A stretch of 64,000 nucleotides of DNA, from positions 868,001 to 932,000 of the forward strand of contig NW_027191458.1 of NCBI RefSeq assembly GCF_011745625.1. The letters run 5' to 3'. The DNA is from Cladosporium halotolerans. Its lineage: Eukaryota. The notes under the pieces are model-generated. The model made no database searches and was not told the DNA's origin. It saw nothing but the letters and a program-made list of their open reading frames with translations. The position numbers were made by a program, and so were the translations under genes. Positions 12,337 through 24,827 of this stretch are shown here, piece by piece; positions within the stretch are counted from its first letter, which is position 1; each line of letters begins with the position of its first letter.

Positions 12337-12729
12337 TGTGCGACCGCCGAAGGGAGCGGCTTTTTACTTTCTTCGTTAGAGCATTTCCTTTGCATTCCTT
12401 TGCATTGGGTGGCGTTGAAAATAGGTTGGAATAGATTGGGCATGGCAGGGCTTCCTGAGCGCGTAAGCGCAGTATATACTCCCTGTAGAAATGTTCTCTG
12501 TACAGACTCAAATGCGCGAGGGTTGTGTTCGTTGAAATGAACGCGATTAGCAATCTTCACATGCGATTTTCACATGCCCCTCCGCGTTCCAGTCCGCCAC
12601 GTGCCCCTCGTCTCCAACAGCTTGGGACCGACGTCACACAACGGTGCAGCTGGTGCCTCCGAGTACGTGTGGACATTGCCACTACCGCACTCTTCCTACA
12701 CTACACACATCTATACACAACCATCAAGT

Positions 12730-13577
12730 ATGTCTGCAGAAGAGGCCAGCAATATTTCCCAAGGGGCAGGGACGGCGCCCGCAAAGAGGAAGCACTTCGT
12801 CCCTCTCGGTAAGCTCTCTAACACGAGCCAGCGACACACAACAAACCAACCAGCTGACCCGCCAAACCACTAGAAAACAACCCCGAAGTAATGAGCGCTC
12901 TCCTGCACAACCTTGGCCTCTCCCCCACCCTCGCCTTCCACGACGTCTTCAGCATCGACGAGCCCGAGCTCCTCGCCTTCGTGCCCCGCCCCGCGCACGC
13001 CCTCCTCCTCGTCTTCCCCGTCTCCGCCACCTACGAGACCTTCCGCGCGCAAGAAGACGCCTCGAAGCAAGAGTACGCTGGCGCCGGCCCAGGCGAAGAG
13101 GTCCTGTGGTATAAGCAGACGATCGGCAACGCGTGCGGGCTCATCGGCCTGCTGCACGGTGTCAGCAACGGCAAGGCGAGGGAGTTTGTGCAGCAGGGCT
13201 CGGATTTGGAGAAGTTTATTCAGCAGGCTGTGCCGTTGCAGCCGAGGGAGAGGGCGACGCTGATCGAGGAGACGGAGGCGCTGGAGAAGGCGCATCAGGC
13301 TGCTGCTGCGGGGGGCGATACGGCGGCGCCCGAGGCGGCAAATGATGTGGATTTGCACTATGTTTGCTTTGTCAAGAACGAGGAGACGGGTAGGCTGTGG
13401 GAGATGGATGGAAGGAGAAAGGGGCCGCTTGATAGGGGTTTGCTGGGCAAGGATGAGGATGTGTTGAGCGAGGCGGCGTTGGAGAAGGGTGTGAGGGCTT
13501 TCTTGAAGAGAGAGCAGGAGGCTGGTGGTGGAGATCTGAGGTTCAGTCTGATTACCCTTGCGCAGAGTCTGGACTGA
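12730..13577 (+). CDS. YUH1: Ubiquitin C-terminal hydrolase (peptidase C12, UCH-L3/Yuh1 type)
   Basis: Intron 12809-12873 gives FVPLENNPEVM. Catalytic motifs QTIGNACG, LHYVCFV and WEMDGRRKGP. Confidence 0.92.
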
Positions 13578-13857
13578 GCGGTGATGTTGAAGCGGTAACC
13601 TTAATATGACCCAATGCGGAACAAGACGTGGACGCGCACTGGTATAGCCGCCCTGGAAGCTGTGGGTATTGCCATCATTGCTGGGACGATGAATGTACAC
13701 CGGAACGGAAGAACCCTACGATGAATCATCGCTTATAGGCAACGCTTCGGTTCAACGGCTGAGGACTGGCCTGACACCACGAAGATTCCGAGTAACACGA
13801 CAAAAAATAGCGAAGCGTCGAAATCCAATGCATTCTGAAATCTATCTCTACTAAGGT

Positions 13858-15464
13858 CTACAGTCTAGCCTTCACCGTACTGACGACACTACCTAACCTT
13901 CTTCCTGTGGCATAGGGGTGCCCCTCGCCTCTGGACACGAGATGGTCTACATCAAGCGTGCTGACCAAGCCGGGGTGGCATTGACTCAGATCAGTGATAC
14001 CAACAAGCGCCATGGCAGTTGCCAGCTCCGATTTGAGGATCTCGATAAAGTGCTCGACGCCTTCTTGACCGTAGTTGACAGCGTACAGGAACGGCCGACC
14101 CATGCCGACAGCTGTGGCGCCAAGGCACATGCACTTAAGAATGTCAGAACCACGACGCACACCACCGTCGACGAAGACTTCAAGTTGAGAAAAGATAGTT
14201 GGGCAGTTAAGCTGGCACTCGAGAAGTGTCATGATCGCTGGCGGAGAGCTGGAGAGATCTTGTCAGCGCTGAGAGATCAGATTAGGAAAACACTGCTCCG
14301 AACTTACCAGTCCAAGTTGCGCCCACCGTGGTTGCTGAGCAGCACGCCGTCAAGACCAGCATCCGCGCACATTTTCGCATCTTGCCAGCATTGAACGCCC
14401 TTTGCGACAATTTTGCCATCCCAATGCTTCCGCAGCCACTTGAATTCGTCCCACGTGAAGTCAGGCGCGATGTAGCCACCCATGACCCTACCCAGGCCGC
14501 CTCCCTTCTTGTCATTCTTAGCCTGCGCGCCACTCATGGGCGTACTGAGACCCTCGTCCGCCTTAACGCGCTCGTCTGCTTCGCGCTTGCCAGGCGTAGG
14601 CGCATCGACAGTCACGAAAACGGTGTCGACGCCCAGTGACCGGACGTGCTTGAGGAGTGCTTCGGACTTTGAGCGGTCTTTGTTCACGTACAGCTGAAAG
14701 AAGAAGGGGTGCTTTGCATCCTTGGGCACGGAGGCAATGATCTCGTCGATTGGGAAGGATGCATTGGTTGAGACCCCCTGAGGGATGCGATTGGCGATGC
14801 AGCCTCGCGCAATGTCTTTCTCGCCTTCAGGGTGGACCATGCGTGCCATTGCGGCTGGTGAGACGAACAGAGGCAGGCCCACATCGTGGCCCAGGATCTG
14901 AGAACTCGTGTCGACAGTATGAACATCACGCAGAAGACGAGGACGCCACCAAATTCTCGAGAAGAACTCCTTGTTGCGGTCTCTGGTGTAGCAGTCGGTG
15001 TCTGCTGAGGAGTAGAATGCCCAAGTCTTTTTGCTGATTGTCCGCTCGGCGATGCGCTCGAAATCAAGGGCGTTGATTACAGTCTCAAGACCAGGCTTTT
15101 CGTGAAGCTTGAGCTCAGGTGTCTTCTGGGGCGGGGGCTTTGCCCACTCTTCTGTGATGGTCCCTGGGTCGACTGAACCTTTCAGTTTTGACGCATCGAG
15201 GTTTGTTGGCAAGACTGCTGGAGCATGTATCGAGTTGTATGAAGTGCTTGCGTCTCTGCCTGCATGCTTCCAGATGACTGTGATCTGTTAGAACTCGCCC
15301 TGGGATAGATTTCAACGCAGAAAGCACGCACTCTCGCCTCCACCGGGATGCTGTGGGGCAAATTCCGTGATGTCCCAAACCTTGCCGTCGACTACGATCC
15401 AGCAATCGTCGGCATTGTTGTGTTTCGAGATCTCCTCGACGGAGATGAGCGTCTTCTCAGCCAT
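13858..15464 (-). CDS. Flavocytochrome b2-like protein (cytochrome b5 domain plus FMN-dependent alpha-hydroxy-acid dehydrogenase); no mitochondrial presequence, ends -ARL
   Basis: N-terminal KHNNADDCWIVVDGKVWDITEFAPQHPGG (cyt b5), then FFFQLY, TVDAP, KGVQ, SNHGGRNLD, DGGVRRGSD and GRPFLY; two introns. Confidence 0.9.
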
Positions 15465-15942
15465 TGTCACAGTGTTGATAATGGCAGTCAACAGAAGTGG
15501 ACGACACAGCCGATATAGAATGCATTTCACTGGCCATCTCGGGATGTGCTTCCGATTCCCCGTTGATTGAGTCGGCAACAAACTGGTGGAGAGGAGGAGA
15601 TCTCGGATGAATCAAACACCGAGGCGGCTCACGGCTGCGACACCGCAGGCCCACCACACCCCGCGATCGCAGGCGTTCCCACGGATGCCTTGGTGCCTCG
15701 CAAGCCTCGCCTGACAGCAGTGGCGCACGTCTTCACTCTCCATTGGCGGTCCAAACACTGAGTGTTTGCTACGGGATCAGAGGTGAGGACAGATACAATG
15801 TCGTTTGCCACCAGGATGCAAACGCATTTTCCTTCGTTACTGTCTCTTCGTCGCACAAGCAGCGCAGGCCAACGGACAGCTGCCTGAGGAACGCCAAGCC
15901 CAGCAAAACAAGTCAAGCTCTGTTAGAGCAACCGTGACTACG

Positions 15943-17154
15943 ATGCCAGTAGACATGACCAAAGATATGGCGCTCCTGAAGCTGGATGGTTGCGAATTGC
16001 CCGCTGCGGCGGACATGCATGTTCATCTTCGCGATGGCCCAATGACCGAGCTGGTTGTGTATGGAAATCTTCATCGTTCCATTTTGCAAACCCGCTGACT
16101 GATGGTAGGCCAACCATTCGTAAAGGTGGCGTCAACACGGTGTTTGTGATGGTATGAAGACTGCGAGAGACTCTTCGTTTTTCGTGTTGGTCAACTGATC
16201 GCAAACGCATAGCCCAACCTGGTCCCTCCTATCACGACACCTCAGCATGCTCTTGAGTACAAGAAGCGTCTGCAGAGCCTGGAGCCCAATGTCACTTTTC
16301 TCATGTCTCTGTATCTTCACCCGAACATCACGCCGGAGACCGTCATTGAGGCGAAGAAGGCCGGCATCACTGGCATCAAGTCATACCCTGCTGGTGTGAC
16401 AACGAACTCTTCCGCCGGTGTCGTCTCGTACGAGGCTTTTTACCCGGTCTTCGAGGAAATGGAGCGTCAGAACATGGTCCTCAACTTGCACGGCGAGGCA
16501 CCTCCGTCCGTCAACTCAGACGTCACAGTCCTGAATGCTGAGGAGACATTCTTGCCCACGCTCGTCGAACTGCACAAGCGTTTCCCCAAACTGCGCATTA
16601 TTCTCGAGCATTGCACAACCGAGGCCGCCATCGAGACCGTGAAGTCCTGCGGTCCGTCCGTTGCCGCCACATTGACCGCGCACCACCTTTGCCTCACCGT
16701 GGACGACTGGGCCGGCGACCCTCACTGCTTCTGCAAGCCTGTCGCCAAGCTGCCGTCGGACCGCAGGGCTCTCCTGAGGACCGCAGTGAGCGGCAACCCC
16801 AAGTTCTTCCTGGGCACCGACTCCGCGCCCCACCCCGCGATCTCCAAGCGCGGCGACAAGGTCGCGGCTGGTGTTTTCACTCAGCCTCACGCGGTGGGAT
16901 TCGTCCTGGATGCTCTGCAGATGGGCGTCGAGAAGGAGGTGCTGACTGAGGAGGACGTCACGCAAGAGAAGCTGAAGAACTTCCTTAGCGAGTTCGGAAG
17001 GGCTTTCTACCAGCTTCCTGACGAGCGTAACGAGAGTATCGTCCTCCGCAAGCCCACCGAGTCTGTGCAGGATCTTCTGAGCAATGCCGACTCCACGATT
17101 GAGGTCGTGCCTTTCCGCCGTGGCAAGATGACCTGGGGCGTTGAATGGAAGTGA
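15943..17154 (+). CDS. URA4: Dihydroorotase, homodimeric type
   Basis: DMHVHLRDG, VM|PNLVPP across an intron, KSYPAGVTTNS, LHGE, LEHCTT, FCKPVAK and FLGTDSAPH; two introns. Confidence 0.95.
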
Positions 17155-17689
17155 GATCTTGAGGTCTCGCGAGGAATGCGGAGTATGAAGTGAATGCTAC
17201 CAAATGTATATATGACTTCAATGCAGACGAGAATGATGGCACCACGCTCGAATGTGTCTCACTGGACTTATCGAGTACCTATCTGTTACACAGTGGAAGA
17301 CTGATTTGCCAGGGCTCTTACCCGTGTTTCAAAAAGCCATGGAACCGAAACGGTTTCCAGATACAGTCTTCGGCATAAGTCACGGCAAAGAGCTGATTCG
17401 AAGACGGCAGCATGGAAAGGCGTGCAGTTTGTACACAGGATGTCCACAGGGCGCGTACAAGTGGGAATCCATGTGTCAATTGCCCGTAAGAGGCAAGGTC
17501 TCCCGCGCATCTCTTATTAGGGCGTTTTCCCCAGACCCTCGATAGCACGGCTCAGGCGCAGGTGGCACGGCTGCCGACCGATAAACCCGATCTGAGCCGC
17601 CCGCCCGCTTCGTGCCATTGATCTCGACTCACTTTCGCCTCCCTCTCTCCCTCCGCCACAGTCAAGTCACACGCGGGTTTCGCTGGAAG

Positions 17690-19392
17690 ATGTCGACCTT
17701 CAGGACCGCTGCGAGGGCCGGGAGCCTGTTGGCTGCCCGCCGGCCGATTGTCGCGCAGACGCTGCCGCGATGGATGTCTGTCGATGCGCAGAACAAGCTT
17801 CTAGCTGCTGATCTGAAGAAGGCGGATCCGGCAGTCTACGATATTGTCCAGAAGGTGCGCAAAGCTGATGGGCAATATCCAGCTTCCTATGCTAACACTC
17901 AAGTAGGAGAAACGGAGGCAAAAGCACTTCATCAACCTGATTCCGTCCGAGAACTTCACCAGCCAAGCTGTACTGGATGCGCTTGGAAGTGTCATGCAGA
18001 GTATGCTTGCGCCAGTCTTGGAATACATTCCGAGCGACAAAGCTGACTCTCTTACAAGACAAGTACTCGGAAGGATACCCCGGCGCGAGATATTACGGTG
18101 GCAACGAGCACATTGACGAGGCGGAGCGACTGTGCCAGCAGAGAGCTCTGGAGACATTCGGCTTGGATCCGCAGAAGTGGGGTGTAAACGTACAAGGTGC
18201 GTTCCCAAGGACCAATATGTGAACGAGGCCAATTTGCTGACACTGGGCCCAAGCTCTCTCCGGCTCGCCTGCCAACCTCTACGCCTACTCCGCCCTTCTC
18301 AACGCGCACGACAGAATCATGGGTCTTGACCTTCCTCACGGCGGTCACCTGTCTCACGGATACCAATTGCCCTCCAAGAAGATCAGTGCGATCAGCAAAT
18401 ACTTCGAGACCCTCCCATACCGACTTGACGAGAAGACGGGCCTGATTGACTATGACAAGTTGGAAGAGCTGGCTATGCTGTACAGGCCGAAGATCATTAT
18501 TGCGGGCACGAGCGCATACAGCAGGCTGATTGACTACAAGCGATTCAAGAGCATCACGGACAAGGTCGGCTGCTACCTGCTCAGCGACATGGCGCATATT
18601 TCTGGTCTGGTCGCTGGTGGCGTGGTCCCCTCGCCTTTCGATTACTCCGATGTCGTCACCACAACCACTCACAAGAGTTTGAGGGGACCCAGAGGCGCAA
18701 TGATCTTCTTCCGCAAGGGCGTGAGGAGCACGGATAAAAAGGGTGTTGAGACCATGTACGACCTCGAGAGCCCGATCAACTCGTCAGTCTTCCCCGGTCA
18801 CCAGGGAGGACCCCACAACCACACCATTACTGCTCTGGCTGTCGCGCTTCACCAGGCTCAGCAGCCTGAGTTCAAGGAGTACCAGCGCGCTGTCCTGGAG
18901 AACGCAAAGGCTTTCGCCCAGAGGCTGGGCAACAGCAAGGAGGAGGGCGGTCTGGGCTACAACATCGTCTCCGGCGGCACCGACAACCACCTTGTCCTCG
19001 TCGACTTGAAGGACAAGGGCATCGACGGCGCCCGTGTGGAGCGCATTCTCGAGCTCGTCGGCGTTGCTGCCAACAAGAACACCGTGCCCGGCGACAAGAG
19101 CGCCATGAAGCCCGGCGGACTCCGCTTCGGCACCCCGGCCATGACCACCCGCGGCTTCCAGACTACCGACTTCGCCCGCGTCGCTGATATCGTCAACCGC
19201 GCCGTCAACATCACCAAGTCTCTCGATGGTAAGGCCAAGGAGGCTGCTGAGCAGAGCGGTCGCAAGAACCCGACCAGCGTCAACGCTTTCAAGGAGTACG
19301 TCAAGGAGGGCGAGGAGATCGTCGAGATCGTCGAGCTGAGGAGGGAGGTTGAGGATTGGGTTGGCACCTTCTCGCTGCCTTGGGAGCAGTGA
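17690..19392 (+). CDS. SHM1: Mitochondrial serine hydroxymethyltransferase
   Basis: Arg-rich presequence, then [40 protein letters not shown] and [13 protein letters not shown] (PLP lysine); three introns. Confidence 0.96.
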
Positions 19393-19995
19393 ACACCGTC
19401 AGTCAGAAAGAGCTTTGACGACGTGGACGCTTAGCCGAAGGTCTCTAGCCGCTTATTGCATTGCAAATAAGAGCTTGATTGCAGGCATTGCTCCAGGCAG
19501 AGCTTCAGCGCAAACCGCCTTTGATAACGAGGGCGAGTGACTCAACGTCGCACAGTCCTTGTTACGCTGTACAGTCAACAAGGGGGGAATTTTTGAAAAG
19601 CGAGACGAAACAATGGGCTCACGATAGATTCACCATCGAGAAATCATATGCATTGTTCGAGACGAAGCTCGAAGTCACTCGACCAATACCTCTGATCGTT
19701 TCTTGGCCAAGCGGACTGCAGATCTTTGGCCACATTGTGACTTCAAAAGGTCGGATTGACCTGATCTCCGTCTCATTATTACCCCCTTGTTGTTTGTGCA
19801 AAGATAGTCCTACATGTAGCTGTAGATCCTCTACAAGATCAACATCAAAGAGCCGGCTCAAACCCTATGACGTAGCTACCAAATACAGCAAGAGGGGCAC
19901 GCATATTTCCTTGAGCCTTGCATATGTCTATCACTCTCTTGCATTGCCGAGATTGCTCTCTTGATTTTCCTACAAATTCAGAAAGAGCAAATCCG

Positions 19996-20961
19996 ATGAA
20001 CATGGCATCCCCGTCTTCCCATCCCGGCACGCTTCACCTAATCGCCAATAACGTCTCTGCCTTCGAGCCCTCAAAACCCCTCACCTCGGACCAAAACACC
20101 AACACCCTGATCTGGATCGGCGGCCTCGGAGACACCTACAGCTCAGTAGCATACCCCTACGTCCTCGCGCAATCTCTCGGCCCATCATGGTCCCTCGTCA
20201 TCGCCGCTCTCGGCTCCACAGGCGCCAGCTGGGGCACAAGCAGCATTGCCCGCGACGCCGATGAAATCGCCAAAGTCGTTTCCTTCAGCAGAACCCGCCG
20301 GCCCAATGGGAAAGTAGTCATCATGGGCCACTCGACAGGCTGCCAGGACTGCATGCAGTACTTGACAGGCTCGGGCGCGGACGCCCGGCCGCCGGTCGAC
20401 GGCGCGGTGCTGCAGGCGCCTGTGTCGGATCGGGAGGCGCTCGAGGAGGCGCTGCCGCAGGCTTTTCTGCACGAGGCGAACCAGCTTGCGCTGAAGCTGT
20501 GTAGAGAGCGTAAGGACAAGGAGATCATGCCCAATCGGTTTACGAGTTCGCTGTTTGGACGCACGGCTGTGAGCGCGAGGCGGTGGGTGGACATTGCGAG
20601 CCCGGGGCCGGATCACACGGGTGCGGATGATTTCTTCTCGAGCGATCTGGAGGATGATCGGTTGAAGTCGTCGTTTGGGAAGCTGTCGTCGAGGACGCCG
20701 GTGATGATTCTGTTTTCTGGCAGTGAAGAGAACGTTTCGGATAAATTGGACAAAGAGGCGCTGGTGAAGAAGTGGACTGCTGTTGCGAAAGATTCTGGTG
20801 CGAGCATTGATGAGAAGAACGGAGGCGTAGTGCCGCAAGCAAGTCACAATCTGAATGGAAACCCCGAGGGCGTGGTACAGGATCTCGTGAGGCGTGTACT
20901 CAACTTCGTGGGTCGATTAGACAAAGAAGACTTAGGCCAAGCTGCTGGATCTAGGATATGA
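19996..20961 (+). CDS. DUF1749-like alpha/beta hydrolase
   Basis: LIWIGGLGD oxyanion region, nucleophile elbow MGHSTGCQD, LQAPVSDRE, DDFFSSDL and ASHN. Confidence 0.82.
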   Translation: MNMASPSSHPGTLHLIANNVSAFEPSKPLTSDQNTNTLIWIGGLGDTYSSVAYPYVLAQSLGPSWSLVIAALGSTGASWGTSSIARDADEIAKVVSFSRTRRPNGKVVIMGHSTGCQDCMQYLTGSGADARPPVDGAVLQAPVSDREALEEALPQAFLHEANQLALKLCRERKDKEIMPNRFTSSLFGRTAVSARRWVDIASPGPDHTGADDFFSSDLEDDRLKSSFGKLSSRTPVMILFSGSEENVSDKLDKEALVKKWTAVAKDSGASIDEKNGGVVPQASHNLNGNPEGVVQDLVRRVLNFVGRLDKEDLGQAAGSRI

Positions 20962-21157
20962 GGGGCGTCAGTTAAGAGACCTGCCGACCCGAATCTTTGG
21001 GCGTTGTGCATATGGTCGATACCGGGGGAGCCTCTGAGCCCAAGTCATGCTCATCGATCTGCTTAGCGAGCGATCGACTCTATCTCATTTTCATGACCAT
21101 CGAGATAGGTCAGGTCCCAATGAAGTTCGTTGGAAACCACTCAATTTCAATCATTAC

Positions 21158-22597
21158 TTAAGCCTTTGCGTAAAGCTCCTCAAACGACTCATCTGCGATC
21201 TTCATTACATCCTGACCATAGACCATCTTTTGCACGTCAGCATCCGCCCATTTGTCAGGCACAGCACCTCCTTTCTTCTCTTTGAGCGCTGCAAATTGCC
21301 TGTCACGCTCTTCCTTAGCAGCTCCCTCGCCCAAGTGAAGCGACCTTCCGTTCGCCGCAGCCAACTCCACGAGACGGTAAGCGCGGTCCATTCGCACGTC
21401 TTGGTACACCTTCAAAGCCTTCCTAATTGCTTCAGGAGAGGCCTCCGGCAACTTCGACAAGACAACTCCAAGCACGGCACCATCTTCGATCGCCTGCGCA
21501 GCGCCCTGTGCCATGTGAGGCAGCGTAGGATGGCACGCATCACCAACAAGGGCAGTCTGTTCGTGTGTCCAGAACGGCAGAGGCTCGTGCACACGCAGCT
21601 TCCACTCGCAGAGCTCACCGTCCTTGACTAGGTCGAGCATGCGGAGGATCATGGGGCAGTAGTCGCCGAACACCTCCATCATCTGCGACTTGTCGCCCTT
21701 GGTGGTGTACGTTGCCGACGGCGCGGCAGCGAAGTTGCGGTCCGGTTGCACCGTGCTCAGGTTGTAGATGGTCTTGTTCGCGATGGGATAGGCGATGATG
21801 TGCCGCTTCTCGCCGATCCAGCGCGTCACGGCATCGCTGTCGATGAGCTTGAGGAGTTCTGGATCGTGCTCCATCTCGTCGCGGCGGAGCATGATACGGT
21901 AAGCTGCCTGGCCAGTGTCGACAATCTTGGCGTCCACGCCTGTTTGTTTGAGGAGCTGGTCGCGGACGACGGACTTGACGCCATCGGAGGCGAGGAGGAC
22001 ATCACACTCAACATTATAGGGCTCGCCGCCCTTGCGAGGTACGGCTGTGAATGACGGATGAGGGCCGTATGATTTAACCTCAGATATGGCGGTGGCGAAG
22101 AAGAAGTTGATAGCCTTTTCTTTCTTGCAACCTTCGTAAATCGAGTTGGCGAGATTTGAGCGATGTCCGACCATGTGCGGGTATGAGTATGCTTCACGGA
22201 TGTAGTTGAGATCAACGCGGGCTAGCTGCTCGTCGGTCGACCCCTCTGACGTGCTGTTAGTTTAGCATGGACACGAAGCAGGTAATGAGACGTACGTCTG
22301 ATACTTGTTGATTTCAGATCGACGGCCTCGGCCTCGATATCTTTCCATACACCAAGTCGGTCTAGGATCCTGGCCATATTAGGAGCGAGCTGGATGCCAG
22401 CGCCCACAAAGCCTAGGTTTGAGGCAGACTCATACACATCGATCTGCTTGAAGCCCTTTTTGGCGAGAGACAGTGCGGTCGCAAGCCCGCCCATGCCTGG
22501 AATCTCGTTAGATGGCGAGAAATCTAGACGGTAAGGGTGCCTACTCACCTGCACCAATGATGGCAATGCGTAAATCGAGTACATCCTTGAGCGCCAT
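21158..22597 (-). CDS. FAD-dependent monooxygenase (salicylate hydroxylase-like, group A)
   Basis: IAIIGA|GMGGLATA (GxGxxG across an intron), GAGIQLAPN, ASDGVKS (DG motif) and LVGDACHPTLPHMAQGAAQAIEDG (GD motif); two introns. Confidence 0.9.
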
Positions 22598-23241
22598 AGT
22601 CTGTGATGCCTCGATTGTATCCGGGTGGCGAAGACGACGTAACTAATGACCAAGGAAACTTTGAATATGGACTATATAAAATTACTCGAAGAAGAGGGGA
22701 AGGATGACATATAAATGCTTCGTTGACCTACCTGCGCATCGGCAGTAAAGCTGAGGTCTGCTTCGGCAATGACTTTAGCCAAGTGCCGCTGCGCGTATGA
22801 TGGGTCTCGTGGCTTGCGCGGGCGGCGGCGGGTAACCTGAGGGTGCCCTAACTTTGGATCGTCCTAGCCTTCAGACATGCTATTTGGGAAAGTCGTAACT
22901 ACACTCCTAATTTTTGAGCTGTCTCGGATGCGAGGTTCGGCGCCTTTGATGCGAGATCGTCGTGGACTGTTCGCCGACATCGCTTTGACCGAGTTCGAAG
23001 CTGGCACGCTGGCTGACACGGCTGCACGGAGCGCAGGCTTTCGCCACTCTATTGACATGTCCACCAGCTTAATGAGCAGGCATGAATATCAAGGGAAGTC
23101 ATTACCATGTTGTCATATGGACACAGGTCGCTTGCTTTTCGTTGATCGATAATGTCTATGGAACGCTATCGTACCCTTCAACATGGGCAGGCAACCTTCA
23201 ATGGCCGCTGGCACGCAAAGGAGAAATCGGAAGATTCCGTC

Positions 23242-24150
23242 TTACTGAGTGCCGACGTCCAGGCGAACCTTCAGCAAGTCTCCCTTGATGATGTCCTGCT
23301 TCATACCCTCGAGCTCCTTCATGTCCCATGTCGAAGAGATGTACCTTCCGGCAAGCCAGTCGCGCCTCTGCGCAGTCAACCATACGAAGGTGTCTGCCGC
23401 CAAAGCCGGCTGGTCAATCAACAGGCCGTGTGCTTCCTTGGGCATGCCTGAAGCGAGCTCCGTCATTACACCACCAGGGTGGACTGCGTAGCTCACCAGG
23501 CCCTCGTCGGCGTACTCCTCATTGATGAACTCGGTGAAGCGAGTGAGAGCCAGCTTTGTCGGCTGGTAGGCAGACGCTCCAGGCATGATGACATGAGCAC
23601 CAATCGAGCTGACGTTCAGAATAGTCTTGAGTCCATCCTTCTTCTTGAGAAGCAGAGGGATGGCGGAGCGGACCACAAGGTACGCGCCGAACGTGTTGAC
23701 CTGCCAGGTCTTCCACCACTCATCCGGGTCTGAGTCCGCAATCTTCTTGAAGGTTTCCAAGTAACCGGCGTTGTTGATAACAATATCCAGACCGTCGAAC
23801 TTCTGGTCGATCTCCGCCGCGGCATCGCTCACGCTCTTCTTATCCGTGACATCCAGCTTCAGCGAGAGGATGGTCGGCTCTTTCCTCCCAGCCTTCTGCG
23901 CAGCTTGCTTCATCTCCTTCTCGACTTGCTCCATGCCAGAGCGCGCTGCAATAGCGATCTGTGATGCACCTGCGCGAGCGAAGCTGATCGCATTGTCTTT
24001 ACCTAGACCTTTGGATGCACCCGTGACAAGCACGCTCCGGGAGGAGAGATCCCATTGCTCTGGCTTAATGAAGTCGTATGTGTCGTTGTGGATGGTGGAC
24101 GTAAAGTCGACTCCGCTGCTCTTCTTCGATGACATAGGGTTTTGAGACAT
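23242..24150 (-). CDS. Short-chain dehydrogenase/reductase
   Basis: TGASKGLG, INNAG, NVSS, YQPTK (YxxxK) and HPGGV. Confidence 0.92.
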   Translation of the reverse strand: MSQNPMSSKKSSGVDFTSTIHNDTYDFIKPEQWDLSSRSVLVTGASKGLGKDNAISFARAGASQIAIAARSGMEQVEKEMKQAAQKAGRKEPTILSLKLDVTDKKSVSDAAAEIDQKFDGLDIVINNAGYLETFKKIADSDPDEWWKTWQVNTFGAYLVVRSAIPLLLKKKDGLKTILNVSSIGAHVIMPGASAYQPTKLALTRFTEFINEEYADEGLVSYAVHPGGVMTELASGMPKEAHGLLIDQPALAADTFVWLTAQRRDWLAGRYISSTWDMKELEGMKQDIIKGDLLKVRLDVGTQ

Positions 24151-24827
24151 GTTTGGTAGGATATGTGACGGTAGATTTGTTGAAGTAAAGGAGTACTTGA
24201 GATGCAAATGTAGAGAAGATGGAAGGGCAAGATCGCAAAATGTACTTACTTATGGGGCGTCATTAGAAATCGATGAGGACTGCTATGTCCGCCATCGTCC
24301 GCATCTTCACGGGTGTAGCAGCCGTAGCAGCAAAATATTAATCATCCTTGAAAAGTACTGCCGACACATCACCGCAAGAGGGTCCTGCACGTCGTTGCAT
24401 CATTATCCGGAGATAGACAATGAATTGTACCCACTTAAACCGCTTGACACGGGAGGGGAATCGGCATTTGCCAGCAGTTTTAGATCCGTGAGAATTTGGG
24501 GATGACATGCTGGCGCATCCGGCAGCAGCAGGCAGGAAAACAAGCGTGGAAGCTAGACTGGTCGTTCGCAAAAGATGTTGCTACCTAACGGTCGCGCCGC
24601 CGGCAAAAGCCTGGCAACAGAAGGTGTGCGACAATCGAGCCGAGGCACGATCGACTCTCCCCGCAGGCTTCAGACCTCACTTATTCCGCAAGCGAGGCGT
24701 AGTCAATAAACGAACAAATATAATACTCCTGTCGCGGAGCTGGGGAGAACCAATCGACTCGATTCAGTTGAGTCCTTCGCAGAGCTCCCTCGTTTTATTC
24801 TCTGAACATATATCAAACCCCGTCAAC